Source: Escherichia coli 042 (GTDB taxonomy: Bacteria; Pseudomonadota; Gammaproteobacteria; Enterobacterales; Enterobacteriaceae). From it: a stretch of DNA of 64,000 nt. Shown in pieces: positions 1 through 10,334 of the stretch (within the stretch, counting starts at the first letter, position 1; the number at the start of each line of letters is the position of its first letter). The notes below the pieces were generated by a model. The model did no database searches and was not told the DNA's origin. It saw only the letters and a list, made by a program, of their open reading frames with translations. Both the position numbers and the translations under genes were made by a program. Location: assembly GCF_000027125.1 (NCBI RefSeq), contig NC_017626.1; one strand, given 5' to 3'.

Positions 1-775
1 CCGGAATTCATCAATCCACGCTTCGTCAATACGCTGTTCGATGGTTTCTGTTCGCTGCTCGCTTACCTCGCTATAATTCTGTACCGGCACAGGATTGATG
101 ATTTTTTCCTGTGGCTCTTCCAGTTCGTCCGGAGTATACACGCCCAGGATGACGTCAGGACAATAAAGGCGAGCCCAGTATTTCAACGCCAGATAGGCGA
201 GCTGTTGTTTCGGGTTTGAGGTCCATAAAGGAGAATTACGCGTAATCACGCTGGAAAGAAACACCGGTTCTCCCCAGGTAATCTCACTTTCACCGCGAAG
301 AACTGCACCAACTCGAACTGATAGACCATACTCATCTTCACTGGTCCAACATGGGATCGTTTCTTTTTTCTCATAGATTCCGCCTCCTTTGGCCGTTTTC
401 TTAACGGTCTCCACTCGGGTGCGAGAGCATTTCTCCCAGTCTCCCTCGTACTTGTAATGGAAGCGGCCTACAATTGCACTTGAGCTAGAGATCACAGCGT
501 TAACCAGTTGTGCTTCATAACCCAGAACTCCGTTTACCAGGTGTGTTTTCTGAGCCACAGCGTAGGGGTTCATGCCCCATTGCATGGCTTGCATGATGAT
601 TGCCATGCAGTCGGCAGGATTTCCGCGAAGGTGATCGGGAACTGTGACGGTGGCCTGTGACATCAACCTGGCTACTGCCTGAAGTTGCGTCAACGCCTGA
701 ACGTTAAAAATAGTGTTACTGGCAGAAATGGTATTTGGTGTCTGCTCTGTCGTGATGATATTGGTATTTTGCATG
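1..775 (-). CDS. Phage single-strand annealing/recombination protein, N-terminal part only (gene continues past window start)
   Basis: Hand translation of minus strand from ATG at 775 (MQNTNIITTEQ...) stays open to position 1; GGAG RBS; starts 13 nt after recE stop, the position recT occupies in Rac. Sequence does not resemble Rac RecT as I recall it, so family is uncertain. Confidence 0.5.
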
Positions 776-788
776 GTCAGGTTCTCCA

Positions 789-3700
789 TTAAGCCAGATG
801 CAGTGCTTCAAGACGACGAAGATCAAAGTCGTTTAATTCGTCGGTATAACTTTCGGTAATCGGTGCTGGCCAGTTGTTTGTCTCCAGGGCTTCGTTTATC
901 TGGCGTAGCGTCCGGCGATATTCCTGTCGACCAAGTTCCAGGAGTTCCTGCGAGGCTTCCACGACAGCCACCCAGTGATAGCCAGCATCTTTGTTGACGA
1001 AGATCCAGAAAAATTTTTCCAGGTTTGCCACATCGCAATACATTGCGGCGCTGAGGTGATAATCACGCTCAATAATTTCACGGTGCAGGCGATCTTTAAG
1101 TCGTTCCTGCCGCACATAACCGAGGCTGACTGACTTCACGTCGGCGCAAATGCTTTCGTATGGCAGCCGGATTTCGATATCAGGACGGACCCTGATTTCC
1201 AGCCCGGTTTCTTCATCAAACCCGAAATAGCTGATTTCAGATTTGCGATCCGGGTGGTTGAGTAGCCTTGCCGCATCAGTATTGTTTTGCAGTGCCGCGT
1301 GAATATTTTTTGCCTGTTCATACATATCCGGACTGATAAACGTTTTCCCGGCGTTTTCTTCTTGCTGGCGTTTTTGCCAGTCCTCCAGTGTCACCAGTTC
1401 CGGGCGAATTTTCCGTGCGATTTCGGTTAATTGCTCTTTCGTGCCACTGATGTTGTAAGGCAAAGATTTAGCACGTTCTTTTTTTGCCAGTTCTGGGTCT
1501 ACAGTTTCAATTTGATCCAGAAGTTGCTCCCGTGCTCCACTGGTTTTCAACAGAGGAGGGAGGCTTGCGTTGTATTCTTTAATACAGGCTTTCATTGCTG
1601 ATGCTGTGTGTTTTTCCCCCTCAGGGATACGCCGAAATTCCACCGGAAGCGAACCGTAAAGGATGCCTGTTTCTTCGGCCCCAGCACTTACAGACAGTGG
1701 CTGTATAAGAGTGCTGTTGTAGCTTTCGATCCACTCTTTCATCTGCTCTGGTGTCATCAGTGCTGGCAGACTGGCATTGTGTTTTTTAATGATGGCGATC
1801 AGTTCGTTAGAAGTAGTAACCACATATTCAGGAACCGGTACCGGAATGGCATATTCATCAGCGAATTTATCCGTTTCCAGAACATAGCTGTGAATGATCC
1901 TCCCACGCAGCAGTGCATCACTTTCCTCATTCGGAATAGTTCCGGCAATGTGCCGCCCGTGGTAATACATCAGGCTGATACGGGCATCCTTCAGCATCGT
2001 GCTGCTTATTCCGTTGGCGGAGTGATAAACCTCGTTCGGGAGGTTTTCATAGCGGCCTGGCTCGAAATATGACGGCCACATGATTTCAGTTGCTACAGGA
2101 GCTGACGCTTCACCAGTTTGATCACTGCAATCACGATGCGGATCGCTGCCAGCATTCTCATTGTGCGGATGTTCAGCGCCTTCCATTTCCACCGGATCTT
2201 TTTCCTTAGCTTCAACCTGATTCTCTTCATCGAATGTTTCCTGGTATGTTGCGTCGCCCATCACCGCGCCACAGTCAGGGCAGTTACTGCCGCCGGTCTG
2301 ACCGCAGGCGGCGCAGACTTTTTCCGGTTCCTGTTGCGCTTCTGGTTCATTTTGTCGCGAATTTTGGCCGTTTTGTTCCGATTTTCGGTCGTTCTGTTCC
2401 GTTTTTGGCTGATGCTGGTACACAGAATCGCGGGTCTGGATCCCCTTAACCCATTTCGGATCATTCGGGTCGCTAATCCCTTCAACAAATTCTCCGCGAT
2501 AGGCAGCCAGTAATTTGTCTGCATCAACAGAATTTACCTGTGACTGAGCATCCAGCGGCTGCGTGTCCTGATGATGTTCAGTTGCATCCGGTTCCACTGT
2601 TTCAGCCGTTGCCTGTTCATCTGCCATTGCGCCAGATGGTTGCGGTTTTTCTTCATCATTCTGTTTTCCCTCCTCTGTTACACGCTGCGGCATCGGGGCA
2701 GAGGAGCGACCGCAGGCAATATCCACGATTTCCGGATCAGGGTTGGCATGATCGGTTTCAGTCAGTACTTTGTTCAGATATTCTGTGACGTGCGCGGGGA
2801 TGACCTCGATCCCAATTGGTGCTTCTTTCACGGACGCAACCACGATGGCGCGAGAATAATCCAGCCCGCCAGGCATGGTGATGAATTTGTCGCGGAAAAC
2901 AGAAAAGGGCGGTTTATTTTCAGCGATAATTTCCTCAATGCGTTTAGCGTGTGCCGGATGAAGGTTATAGATGTCCACGTCCATTGAACGGGCCAGTACG
3001 CCAGTGGCTACGTCGCGCGCCAGTGACGTAAGATCGTGGACGAAACCTTCGCCGCGATCGGTGAGGTTCCCGCCGCCAGCATTAGCACCGGAAGCCGTGC
3101 GAGTGATGCGTGAAACACGATTACCCTTCATCCACTCTTTTGTCAGCAGTCCTCGATCGGTGTAGTCAGCGTTCAGGTATACTTCGAAAAAAGCAGTTAA
3201 CAGTCCCAAGTCTGAATTACCAGGATTAGGGAAAACTTTGTCAGTGTCACGAACCAGTTTGTGGAGATCGCGAATTTCCAGCGGGTCGAGCAGGCTGGTT
3301 TTGTGGGAAACAGCCAGGGCAGTAACAGCCGGTAGTTCTTCAGCCCGTGCAATGTGTAATGCCTGGAGTTCGCCGCGTGAAACGTGCGTTACCGGTTTTT
3401 CGCTGCCGTGTTGAGCAAGCCAACGAATGGGCAGTTCCTGGCCAGAAATTGGGAGTAGCATATTCTCCTCAATCTCAGTCATGTCTTCGCCGTTGACGTT
3501 GGTATTGCCTTGATAGTGAGCGTTGTCTGGTGCTGCTCCCGGTTTTAGTTCCCATGTCATGGAGTCTTTGCTGAGTTGATAGCGTTCACTCCAGGTAAAA
3601 TCGATCTCACCTTCAGCGGGCAGGTCATTAACGACAGGAAAATTCGTGGCAACAGCTTTAAAATAGCTGCTCAGTTTTTTACCTGACTTAACGATCTGGT

Positions 3701-3812
3701 AGTCCAGAGTGGCACAGGTCGATTCAAAATCGTCACTTGCCCACAGGACGACGTCAGGTTCACCGGATGATTTTTTCGCTTTCCGTAACAGGAAGAGTGG
3801 TTTTGTGCTCAT
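789..3812 (-). CDS. recE: Exonuclease VIII (RecE-like), 1007 aa
   Basis: Long ORF; C-terminal region has RecE-type nuclease-domain character (e.g. [10 protein letters not shown]) as I recall it; synteny with racC/ydaE/kilR. Longer than K-12 RecE (866 aa). Confidence 0.8.
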   Translation of the reverse strand: MSTKPLFLLRKAKKSSGEPDVVLWASDDFESTCATLDYQIVKSGKKLSSYFKAVATNFPVVNDLPAEGEIDFTWSERYQLSKDSMTWELKPGAAPDNAHYQGNTNVNGEDMTEIEENMLLPISGQELPIRWLAQHGSEKPVTHVSRGELQALHIARAEELPAVTALAVSHKTSLLDPLEIRDLHKLVRDTDKVFPNPGNSDLGLLTAFFEVYLNADYTDRGLLTKEWMKGNRVSRITRTASGANAGGGNLTDRGEGFVHDLTSLARDVATGVLARSMDVDIYNLHPAHAKRIEEIIAENKPPFSVFRDKFITMPGGLDYSRAIVVASVKEAPIGIEVIPAHVTEYLNKVLTETDHANPDPEIVDIACGRSSAPMPQRVTEEGKQNDEEKPQPSGAMADEQATAETVEPDATEHHQDTQPLDAQSQVNSVDADKLLAAYRGEFVEGISDPNDPKWVKGIQTRDSVYQHQPKTEQNDRKSEQNGQNSRQNEPEAQQEPEKVCAACGQTGGSNCPDCGAVMGDATYQETFDEENQVEAKEKDPVEMEGAEHPHNENAGSDPHRDCSDQTGEASAPVATEIMWPSYFEPGRYENLPNEVYHSANGISSTMLKDARISLMYYHGRHIAGTIPNEESDALLRGRIIHSYVLETDKFADEYAIPVPVPEYVVTTSNELIAIIKKHNASLPALMTPEQMKEWIESYNSTLIQPLSVSAGAEETGILYGSLPVEFRRIPEGEKHTASAMKACIKEYNASLPPLLKTSGAREQLLDQIETVDPELAKKERAKSLPYNISGTKEQLTEIARKIRPELVTLEDWQKRQQEENAGKTFISPDMYEQAKNIHAALQNNTDAARLLNHPDRKSEISYFGFDEETGLEIRVRPDIEIRLPYESICADVKSVSLGYVRQERLKDRLHREIIERDYHLSAAMYCDVANLEKFFWIFVNKDAGYHWVAVVEASQELLELGRQEYRRTLRQINEALETNNWPAPITESYTDELNDFDLRRLEALHLA

Positions 3813-3913
3813 TGTTTTTTAACCTCAACTCAGATTAAAATTCGTTTTGTTCAGTGAATGATCTTGCCGGATACACACTGTTCATAGCCTGCGCCATACG
3901 CAGGCTATTTCTT

Positions 3914-4189
3914 TCAGATTTCACCTTTTAATTTCATTGCAATCAGAGTTGCCAGAAATCCGGCTTTTTTTTCTGCGGGCAGATTCTTTCCGATATGCAC
4001 TAGGCTCATTTTTTTGACACCTTCGTGAAGTGTTTTAACGTTGCCTGATGGACCGTCGATATCAACTACAGTGAATGGGGTTTCTTTATTTTCTGTTTTA
4101 ATCACGTAGCCAATACGCTTTCCTTCCAGATTAACTTCGTGAACAATGTCATCAGTAGTTACAACAGTGGCTTCATAACTGGTAATCAT
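3914..4189 (-). CDS. racC: Rac prophage protein RacC (91 aa from internal Met MITSYEA)
   Basis: ORF translation matches RacC as recalled; position between recE and ydaE. Confidence 0.8.
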   Translation of the reverse strand: MITSYEATVVTTDDIVHEVNLEGKRIGYVIKTENKETPFTVVDIDGPSGNVKTLHEGVKKMSLVHIGKNLPAEKKAGFLATLIAMKLKGEI

Positions 4190-4263
4190 GTTTTTCTTCT
4201 TAATTAAGGTTGAGCGAATCCCTGCCATTGCTGGCATAAATTCAGTTTCGCATAGTCAGTTAA

Positions 4264-4434
4264 TTAAAGTTCGTGTGCCATCTGGTCTTTTTCGGCACAT
4301 ATTTCGCTACAATATTTTTTCATTTCCGTCGTTGGGATAACTCCACGCATGAAATGAAGTGGTCTTTTAATGCTTTTGCTTTCTTTAACTTCTTTATCGC
4401 AAAGGTGGTAAGCACATTTTATTTTCTTAGTCAT
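4264..4434 (-). CDS. ydaE: Small zinc-binding protein YdaE (56 aa)
   Basis: Not in ORF track (<60 aa); hand translation [16 protein letters not shown]...YCSEICAEKDQMAHEL, GGAG RBS, 56 aa as in K-12 ydaE. Confidence 0.75.
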   Translation of the reverse strand: MTKKIKCAYHLCDKEVKESKSIKRPLHFMRGVIPTTEMKKYCSEICAEKDQMAHEL

Positions 4435-4655
4435 CACCATGACTCCGCCTTTACAGGTAAACCATCACGACCGAGGAAGACTTTAATCATGCAGTCAGTA
4501 ATGCATGTTTTTGTGGTCAGGTTACGAATATAAAGCTTTCGCTTTTTAATATTGTTTGCCGAGGCAATATATGTCCGGCCGTTATGAAGAACATAATCAC
4601 CAGGAGTCACACACTGACGAGGTATTTCATCAGTTCCGAAGTGATGAGCAATCAT
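4434..4655 (-). CDS. kilR: Cell-division inhibitor KilR (73 aa)
   Basis: ORF translation [21 protein letters not shown]...; Rac synteny. Confidence 0.8.
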   Translation of the reverse strand: MIAHHFGTDEIPRQCVTPGDYVLHNGRTYIASANNIKKRKLYIRNLTTKTCITDCMIKVFLGRDGLPVKAESW

Positions 4656-5085
4656 AATTATCTCCATTTTCACAAATGAACTTTGTTGATGCGGTGCCTG
4701 GTGCCTCCAGGTGACGTTAACCAGTTAACAATTAACGCCGGATAATCCACCCATAACACTGATGCTTTTAACTGTTCCGCGTGCGCTTAGCCGCATTCAC
4801 CGCATCACAAAATTCACTTTAAAAAGGGCGGACATCAGCCGAACTTCAAGAAAAAACTGATGCCGCCAAGACTACACACAGCAATGTCGTTATTTACAAC
4901 CGGAGGCGCACTCCCACCATTTAAATTTAACAGACAAGACCGACTCTTTATGGATATCGGAAATGCGCCTTCGTGTTGCGCCCAGTTTTATTTCACCACC
5001 TCCGGGCTTCGGTGGTCTCGGCTATACCCCTACAGCGAGAGCTTGTGTTAACATTTCAATACCCTTACAGTTGAGAGTTATTGAT

Positions 5086-5574
5086 ATGTTGGATGTATTT
5101 ACTCCATTGTTGAAACTTTTTGCTAACGAGCCACTCGAAAGACTTATGTATACGATTATCATTTTTGGTCTCACTCTCTGGCTGATACCGAAAGAGTTTA
5201 CTGTCGCATTCAATGCTTATACTGAAATACCTTGGCTCTTTCAGATTATCGTTTTTGCCTTTTCTTTCGTGGTCGCCATTTCCTTCTCAAGATTGCGAGC
5301 ACATATTCAAAAGCATTTTTCATTACTACCAGAGCAACGAGTATTGCTTCGTTTATCTGAGAAAGAAATCGCTGTATTTAAAGATTTCCTTAAAACAGGA
5401 AATCTTATTATCACTTCTCCTTGCCGTAACCCGGTTATGAAAAAATTAGAACGGAAGGGCATCATTCAACATCAGAGTGATAGCGCAAACTGTTCTTATT
5501 ATCTCGTCACCGAAAAATACTCCCATTTTATGAAGTTATTCTGGAACAGCAGGAGTAGACGTTTTAATCGTTAG
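5086..5574 (+). CDS. sieB: Superinfection exclusion protein B (162 aa)
   Basis: Translation MLDVFTPLLKLFANEPLE... with hydrophobic N-terminal segments; divergent from kilR. Confidence 0.85.
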   Translation: MLDVFTPLLKLFANEPLERLMYTIIIFGLTLWLIPKEFTVAFNAYTEIPWLFQIIVFAFSFVVAISFSRLRAHIQKHFSLLPEQRVLLRLSEKEIAVFKDFLKTGNLIITSPCRNPVMKKLERKGIIQHQSDSANCSYYLVTEKYSHFMKLFWNSRSRRFNR

Positions 5575-5726
5575 CTTACTGTGTGCTTCTCCAACCATCG
5601 GCGCGCACCAGTTTCGGTTTTAAATGTTTTGCTTTTTGTATACGTCATCGCGGTGAACGTACCGTCCTGGTTGGGAAACACGCCACACACTATGGATTCG
5701 TTGTTGCCGAGGTCGATTTTTTGCAT
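5571..5726 (-). CDS. ydaF: Rac prophage small protein YdaF (51 aa)
   Basis: Hand translation MQKIDLGNNESIVCGVFPNQDG...; GAGGG RBS; size matches ydaF. Confidence 0.7.
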   Translation of the reverse strand: MQKIDLGNNESIVCGVFPNQDGTFTAMTYTKSKTFKTETGARRWLEKHTVS

Positions 5727-5737
5727 TTTGGGAACCC

Positions 5738-5872
5738 TCACATCTTGTTGTTACGGATAGAGGCTTCTGCCTGCCAGAGATCCCAGTCGTTGCTGCGTAG
5801 AGCCTGTACAGCCTGGCTGTAAGTGATGCCGCAACAATCCATCAAATACTGAACTACTTCGTAATGCACCAT
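5738..5872 (-). CDS. ydaG: Rac prophage small protein YdaG (44 aa)
   Basis: Hand translation MVHYEVVQYLMDCCGITYSQAVQALRSNDWDLWQAEASIRNNKM; size and position match ydaG. Confidence 0.65.
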   Translation of the reverse strand: MVHYEVVQYLMDCCGITYSQAVQALRSNDWDLWQAEASIRNNKM

Positions 5873-6043
5873 CTTATCTCTCCCCTTAACGCCGGGTGGC
5901 GGAACTAACTGCTGCACTGCAAAATTTGAATCCCGCCGTCATGTTCATACGCCTCGGGCTGGCTACTTAACCCCTGACCACTGCCTGGTAACTCGAAGTA
6001 TTGCCCTGCGTTCTGTGGGGCGGGGTGGGTTGGTAGGTATATG

Positions 6044-6085
6044 ATGTACTTTGTGTTCATTGTTGTAAAGTACTTTAAGTACATT
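6044..6085. promoter_or_regulatory. Candidate left operator: inverted ATGTACT/AGTACAT repeats
   Basis: atgtact at 6044-6050 and agtacat at 6078-6084, plus aagtac direct repeat; same heptamer recurs twice between racR and ydaS. Confidence 0.35.
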
Positions 6086-6159
6086 TTGTGTGTAAAAAAA
6101 TGAGATGGGATAAAGTGAAGCACAAACCCGGAGGGGGACGCTACCGGATTTATGCTGGT

Positions 6160-6579
6160 TTAAGAGGCTTTTTGTTTTTTCTTTCGTGCTAACTCTTCGT
6201 AAATTGCATTGTACTTCTGTTTTTTCTCCTCAAGAGTTTTTAAAAGTTCATCTGTCTCACTGTCAGGGAGCTCGTCCAGAAGGTCAATGATGATTTTTTG
6301 TCTTGGATTTAACTCCTGATAGAAACGTACCTGTCCACTTTCTTCTGTATCCTCTCCCAAAAGATAGGTTGGTGTTGTTCCAATGAGTGTTGCTAATTCC
6401 CTTAATTTCTCTCGGCGAGGAATTGTTTCGCCATTAAACCATTTGCTAACCGCTTTTGGTGTTAATTTCATTCGACGGGCAATTTCTGCCTGCCTTCCAT
6501 GTTGTTCATAACCAGCGTTTTCACAGGCTAGCGCAAGCCTACTGGCGAACTCTTTACGCGCTTTATCTTCATGAACCAT
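6160..6579 (-). CDS. racR: Prophage repressor, HTH XRE family (RacR-like), 139 aa
   Basis: HTH motif (QAEIARRMKLTPKAVSKW); divergent from ydaS/ydaT as in Rac. Confidence 0.75.
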   Translation of the reverse strand: MVHEDKARKEFASRLALACENAGYEQHGRQAEIARRMKLTPKAVSKWFNGETIPRREKLRELATLIGTTPTYLLGEDTEESGQVRFYQELNPRQKIIIDLLDELPDSETDELLKTLEEKKQKYNAIYEELARKKKQKAS

Positions 6580-6603
6580 AAGTTCAATGATATTCGCTCT
6601 TGA

Positions 6604-6634
6604 ATGTACTGTCAGTTCTGTTATAGCATGTACT
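6604..6634. promoter_or_regulatory. Candidate right operator/divergent promoter region (ATGTACT x2)
   Basis: atgtact at 6604-6610 and 6628-6634 in the 80-bp racR-ydaS intergenic region. Confidence 0.35.
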
Positions 6635-6658
6635 CAAAGTTCACATTGTGAGGGTGAT

Positions 6659-6913
6659 ATGAACCAGAAAACACTTGAAGATGTAATCAAAACTGTTCGC
6701 GTTTCTGTTGTGGCCGACGTTTGTGGTGTCAGCCAAAGAGCAATCTACAAATGGATGGATAACGGAAAATTGCCTCGCACAGAATATACCGGCGAAACAA
6801 ATTACGCTGAAAAAATCGCTCATGCATCAAACGGATTATTTTCTGCCGATGCAATTTTAACTATTGGCAGAAATAAAACTACTACGAAAAAGCTGATGGG
6901 AGTTGATTCATGA
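6659..6913 (+). CDS. ydaS: Cro-like HTH protein YdaS
   Basis: Translation MNQKTLEDVIKTVRVSVVADVCGVSQRAIYKW; position right of repressor. Start uncertain. Confidence 0.7.
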   Translation: MNQKTLEDVIKTVRVSVVADVCGVSQRAIYKWMDNGKLPRTEYTGETNYAEKIAHASNGLFSADAILTIGRNKTTTKKLMGVDS

Positions 6914-7332
6914 AAATCAAGCATGAGCACATCGAATCAGTGTTGTTAGCCCTGGCTGCTGAAAAAGGGCAGGCATGGGTAGCCAATGCCATTACTGAAG
7001 AATATCTGCGCCAGGGGGGCGGCGAATTGCCTCTGGTTCCAGGCAAGGACTGGAACAATCAGCAGAATATCTATCACCGTTGGTTGAAAGGTGAAACGAA
7101 AACGCAAAGAGAAAAAATTCAGAAGCTGATCCCAGCAATTCTGGCAATCCTTCCGCGCGAGCTGCGTCACCGACTCTGCATCTTCGATACCTTGGAACGC
7201 CGTGCATTACTGGCGGCGCAGGAAGCGTTAAGTACGGCAATTGATGCGCATGATGATGCTGTCCAGGCCGTTTACCGGAAAGCGCATTTCAGCGGTGGCG
7301 GGTCTTCCGACGATTCTGTCATTGTTCATTAA
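6910..7332 (+). CDS. ydaT: YdaT (140 aa), toxic Rac protein repressed by RacR
   Basis: 140-aa ORF overlapping ydaS stop (ATGA); matches ydaT size and synteny. Confidence 0.8.
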   Translation: MKIKHEHIESVLLALAAEKGQAWVANAITEEYLRQGGGELPLVPGKDWNNQQNIYHRWLKGETKTQREKIQKLIPAILAILPRELRHRLCIFDTLERRALLAAQEALSTAIDAHDDAVQAVYRKAHFSGGGSSDDSVIVH

Positions 7333-7344
7333 GCAAAAGTTTTC

Positions 7345-8202
7345 ATGCTGTTTGTGCTTATTCTAAGCAACCGGACAGCATCATACGGGGCAATTATGGC
7401 CGCATTACCATACATGCAACTGTACATAGCTGATTACTTGGCTGACACCATGCATTTGTCAGCAGAGGAGCACGGTGCGTATTTGTTGCTGATGTTCAAT
7501 TACTGGCAAACAGGAAAGCCAATACCCAAAAACAGGCTGGCAAAAATTGCCCGTCTGACTAACGAGCGATGGGCTGATGTTGAACCATCCTTGCGGGAGT
7601 TTTTTTGCGATAACGGCGAGGAATGGGTGCATCTTCGGATTGAGGAAGATCTGGCATCAGTCAGGGAAAAATTAACCAAAAAATCAGCCGCAGGAAAAGC
7701 ATCTGTTCAGGCCAGAAGAAGCAGAAAGGAAGCAGATGTTCAAACAAAACAAGAGAGAAATTTAACAGGTGTTCAAACAGATGTTGAAGTGGTGTTTGAA
7801 CATGATGCCAACACAAAGGCAACTAATAAAGATACAGATAAAGATCTAAAAACAGATCCCCCCCTAAATCCCCCCCGGGGGAATCGAGGTGTCAAAAAGT
7901 TTGACCCTCTGGATATTGCTTTGCCGAACTGGATTTCTGTCTCGCTTTGGCGTGAGTGGGTTGAATTTCGCCAGGCATTGCGTAAACCGATTCGAACGGA
8001 GCAGGGCGCTAACGGGGCGATACGGGAGCTGGAAAAATTCCGCCAGCAGGGTTTTTCACCTGAGCAGGTGATTCGACACAGCATCGCCAATGAATACCAA
8101 GGCTTGTTCGCGCCAAAAGGTGTTCTACCTGAGACGTTACTCCGACAGGTTAACACCGTCTCGTTACCGGATAGTGCGATCCCGCCAGGCTTCAGGGGGT
8201 AA
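7345..8202 (+). CDS. ydaU: Replication initiation protein O-like (YdaU), 285 aa
   Basis: 285-aa ORF, same length as K-12 YdaU; precedes DnaC-like gene. Confidence 0.75.
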   Translation: MLFVLILSNRTASYGAIMAALPYMQLYIADYLADTMHLSAEEHGAYLLLMFNYWQTGKPIPKNRLAKIARLTNERWADVEPSLREFFCDNGEEWVHLRIEEDLASVREKLTKKSAAGKASVQARRSRKEADVQTKQERNLTGVQTDVEVVFEHDANTKATNKDTDKDLKTDPPLNPPRGNRGVKKFDPLDIALPNWISVSLWREWVEFRQALRKPIRTEQGANGAIRELEKFRQQGFSPEQVIRHSIANEYQGLFAPKGVLPETLLRQVNTVSLPDSAIPPGFRG

Positions 8203-8208
8203 CTGACC

Positions 8209-8955
8209 ATGAAAAATATTGCGGCAGGCGGCATTCTTGAACGTATCCGCAGACTGGCCCCGCCACATGTAACCGCCCCATTCAAAACGGTAGCGGAGTG
8301 GCGCGAGTGGCAACTTTCCGAAGGCCAGAAACGTTGTGAGGAGATCAACCGTCAGAATCGTCAGTTGCGGGTGGAAAAAATTCTGAATCGCTCTGGCATC
8401 CAGCCATTGCACCGCAAATGCTCGTTTGCGAATTACCAGGTGCAGAACGACGGTCAGCGATACGCGTTGAACCAGGCGAAATCTATCGCTGATGAACTGA
8501 TGACCGGGTGTACAAATTTTGCGTTCAGCGGAAAACCTGGTACCGGAAAAAACCATCTGGCGGCGGCTATCGGGAATCGCCTGCTGAAAGATGGCCAGAC
8601 AGTGATTGTGGTTACCGTGGCTGATGTCATGAGTGCTCTACACGCCAGCTATGACGACGGGCAATCAGGCGAAAAATTTTTGCGGGAACTGTGCCAAGTG
8701 GATCTGCTGGTTCTTGATGAAATTGGCATTCAGCGCGAGACAAAAAACGAGCAGGTGGTGCTGCACCAGATTGTTGATCGCCGGACAGCGTCGATGCGCA
8801 GCGTGGGGATGCTGACAAACCTGAACTATGAGGCCATGAAAACATTGCTCGGCGAGCGGATTATGGATCGCATGACCATGAACGGCGGGCGATGGGTGAA
8901 TTTTAACTGGGAGAGCTGGCGTCCGAATGTCGTCCAGCCAGGAATTGCGAAGTGA
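8209..8955 (+). CDS. ydaV: DnaC-like helicase loader (YdaV), 248 aa
   Basis: Walker [14 protein letters not shown], Walker B LLVLDEIG. Confidence 0.85.
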   Translation: MKNIAAGGILERIRRLAPPHVTAPFKTVAEWREWQLSEGQKRCEEINRQNRQLRVEKILNRSGIQPLHRKCSFANYQVQNDGQRYALNQAKSIADELMTGCTNFAFSGKPGTGKNHLAAAIGNRLLKDGQTVIVVTVADVMSALHASYDDGQSGEKFLRELCQVDLLVLDEIGIQRETKNEQVVLHQIVDRRTASMRSVGMLTNLNYEAMKTLLGERIMDRMTMNGGRWVNFNWESWRPNVVQPGIAK

Positions 8956-8977
8956 TTTTTACCGGGAGGAAATTTTA

Positions 8978-9739
8978 ATGGAAACCGTTTTTGATGCACT
9001 GAAAGCAATGGGAAAAGCCACGTCGGTAGAACTGGCTGCGCGACTTGATATCAGTCGTGAAGAAGTGCTGAACGAGCTGTGGGAACTTAAAAAGGCTGGC
9101 TTCGTTGATAAAAGCGTATACACCTGGCGTGTGGCTGATAACAACGTTCAGCAGGAACAGCCAGAGCAGGCAGAACTGCCGGAAGAAACCACCACGGCAA
9201 CAGTAGCGAAAATCTCAGAGTGCGATTTAACCGCGACGATTGAACAACGTGGCCCACAAACGGCGGATGAACTGGCTACGTTTTTCGGCACCACATCACG
9301 CAAAGTGGCTTCAACGCTGGCAATGGCAATCAGCAAAGGCCGTCTGATTCGCGTTAATCAGAACGGTAAATTTCGTTACTGCATGCCGGGCGATGATTTA
9401 CCAGCAGAGCCGAAAGCTGCATCGGTAACGGAAACTGATGGTAAAGCCTTTCCTCAACCAGCAGGTGTTGCGTTACCGGGACAGGAAGCTGCAACACAGG
9501 AAGATATTAAAACAGAAACTGTGGCGGACATTGTGCAGTCGTTGCCATCGTTTACCGAAACGCGAGCGGATGACCTCGTTCTGCCATCGCTGCATATGGC
9601 AAACCGCGAACTGCGTCGGGCGAAAAATCATGTCCAGAAGTGGGAACGTGTCTGCGCCGCGCTGCGGGAGCTGAACAAGCACCGGGATATTGTTCGACAG
9701 ATTACTGATTCTTCTCGCTGTGTTGCATCGGAAAAGTGA
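8978..9739 (+). CDS. Phage hypothetical protein (YdaW-like), 253 aa
   Basis: ORF with strong RBS GGGAGGA before ATG at 8978; function unknown. Confidence 0.55.
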   Translation: METVFDALKAMGKATSVELAARLDISREEVLNELWELKKAGFVDKSVYTWRVADNNVQQEQPEQAELPEETTTATVAKISECDLTATIEQRGPQTADELATFFGTTSRKVASTLAMAISKGRLIRVNQNGKFRYCMPGDDLPAEPKAASVTETDGKAFPQPAGVALPGQEAATQEDIKTETVADIVQSLPSFTETRADDLVLPSLHMANRELRRAKNHVQKWERVCAALRELNKHRDIVRQITDSSRCVASEK

Positions 9740-9754
9740 TTGCCGGAGGCGCTT

Positions 9755-10171
9755 ATGGCAAAAGTATTTACACAAGAAGAGCGGGAAAAAATCAAGGGAC
9801 AGGTTGTTGAGCTAGTACGCCGGAGTGGGCGCGAGACGTTACGGCAACTGGAAGCCAAGACAGGTGCGACAAGATATCTGATGAGCGTTCTCGCCAGAGA
9901 GCTGGTTGCCAGTGGCGATGTATACAACTCTGGCTACGGGTTATTCCCGTCTGAACAGGCTCGTAAGGACTGGCAAAATGCCCGCAAAAAACTATCTAGG
10001 GCAAAGGTGAAGAAACCATCTGTGGTTGATCCGGACCTTATCTGGTCATTACCTGACGGAGAAATACGTCGTTATGACAGGCACCAAAACATAATTTGCT
10101 GTGAGTGCCGGAAGAGCGAAGTTATGCAGCGCATACTGGCATTTTATCAGAGAAATTTTCGTTATTTATAG
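9755..10171 (+). CDS. Phage hypothetical protein, 138 aa
   Basis: ORF with GGAGG RBS; C-terminal Cys pair (CCEC). Confidence 0.5.
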   Translation: MAKVFTQEEREKIKGQVVELVRRSGRETLRQLEAKTGATRYLMSVLARELVASGDVYNSGYGLFPSEQARKDWQNARKKLSRAKVKKPSVVDPDLIWSLPDGEIRRYDRHQNIICCECRKSEVMQRILAFYQRNFRYL

Positions 10172-10334
10172 ACGTTACTCGATTAAAGAGCATTAGTTCA
10201 GATGTGAATTGACATTTTCACGGCACAGGATTGAGCTAGCGTGGTTGTCTGCTTTGTGTCAAAAGCAGATATTACCAGATTTAGACATCTATTCCCGATA
10301 GCCCTGCTCTGATGCTACACTCTGTGCTATTTTC

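Noticed and set aside
5905-6123. 72-aa ORF in the ydaG-racR intergenic region
   Set aside because: No RBS, odd composition, and it overlaps the operator-like repeats; more likely regulatory DNA.
7773-8556. 191-aa and 130-aa minus-strand ORFs across ydaU/ydaV
   Set aside because: Antisense to two well-supported replication genes; no independent support.
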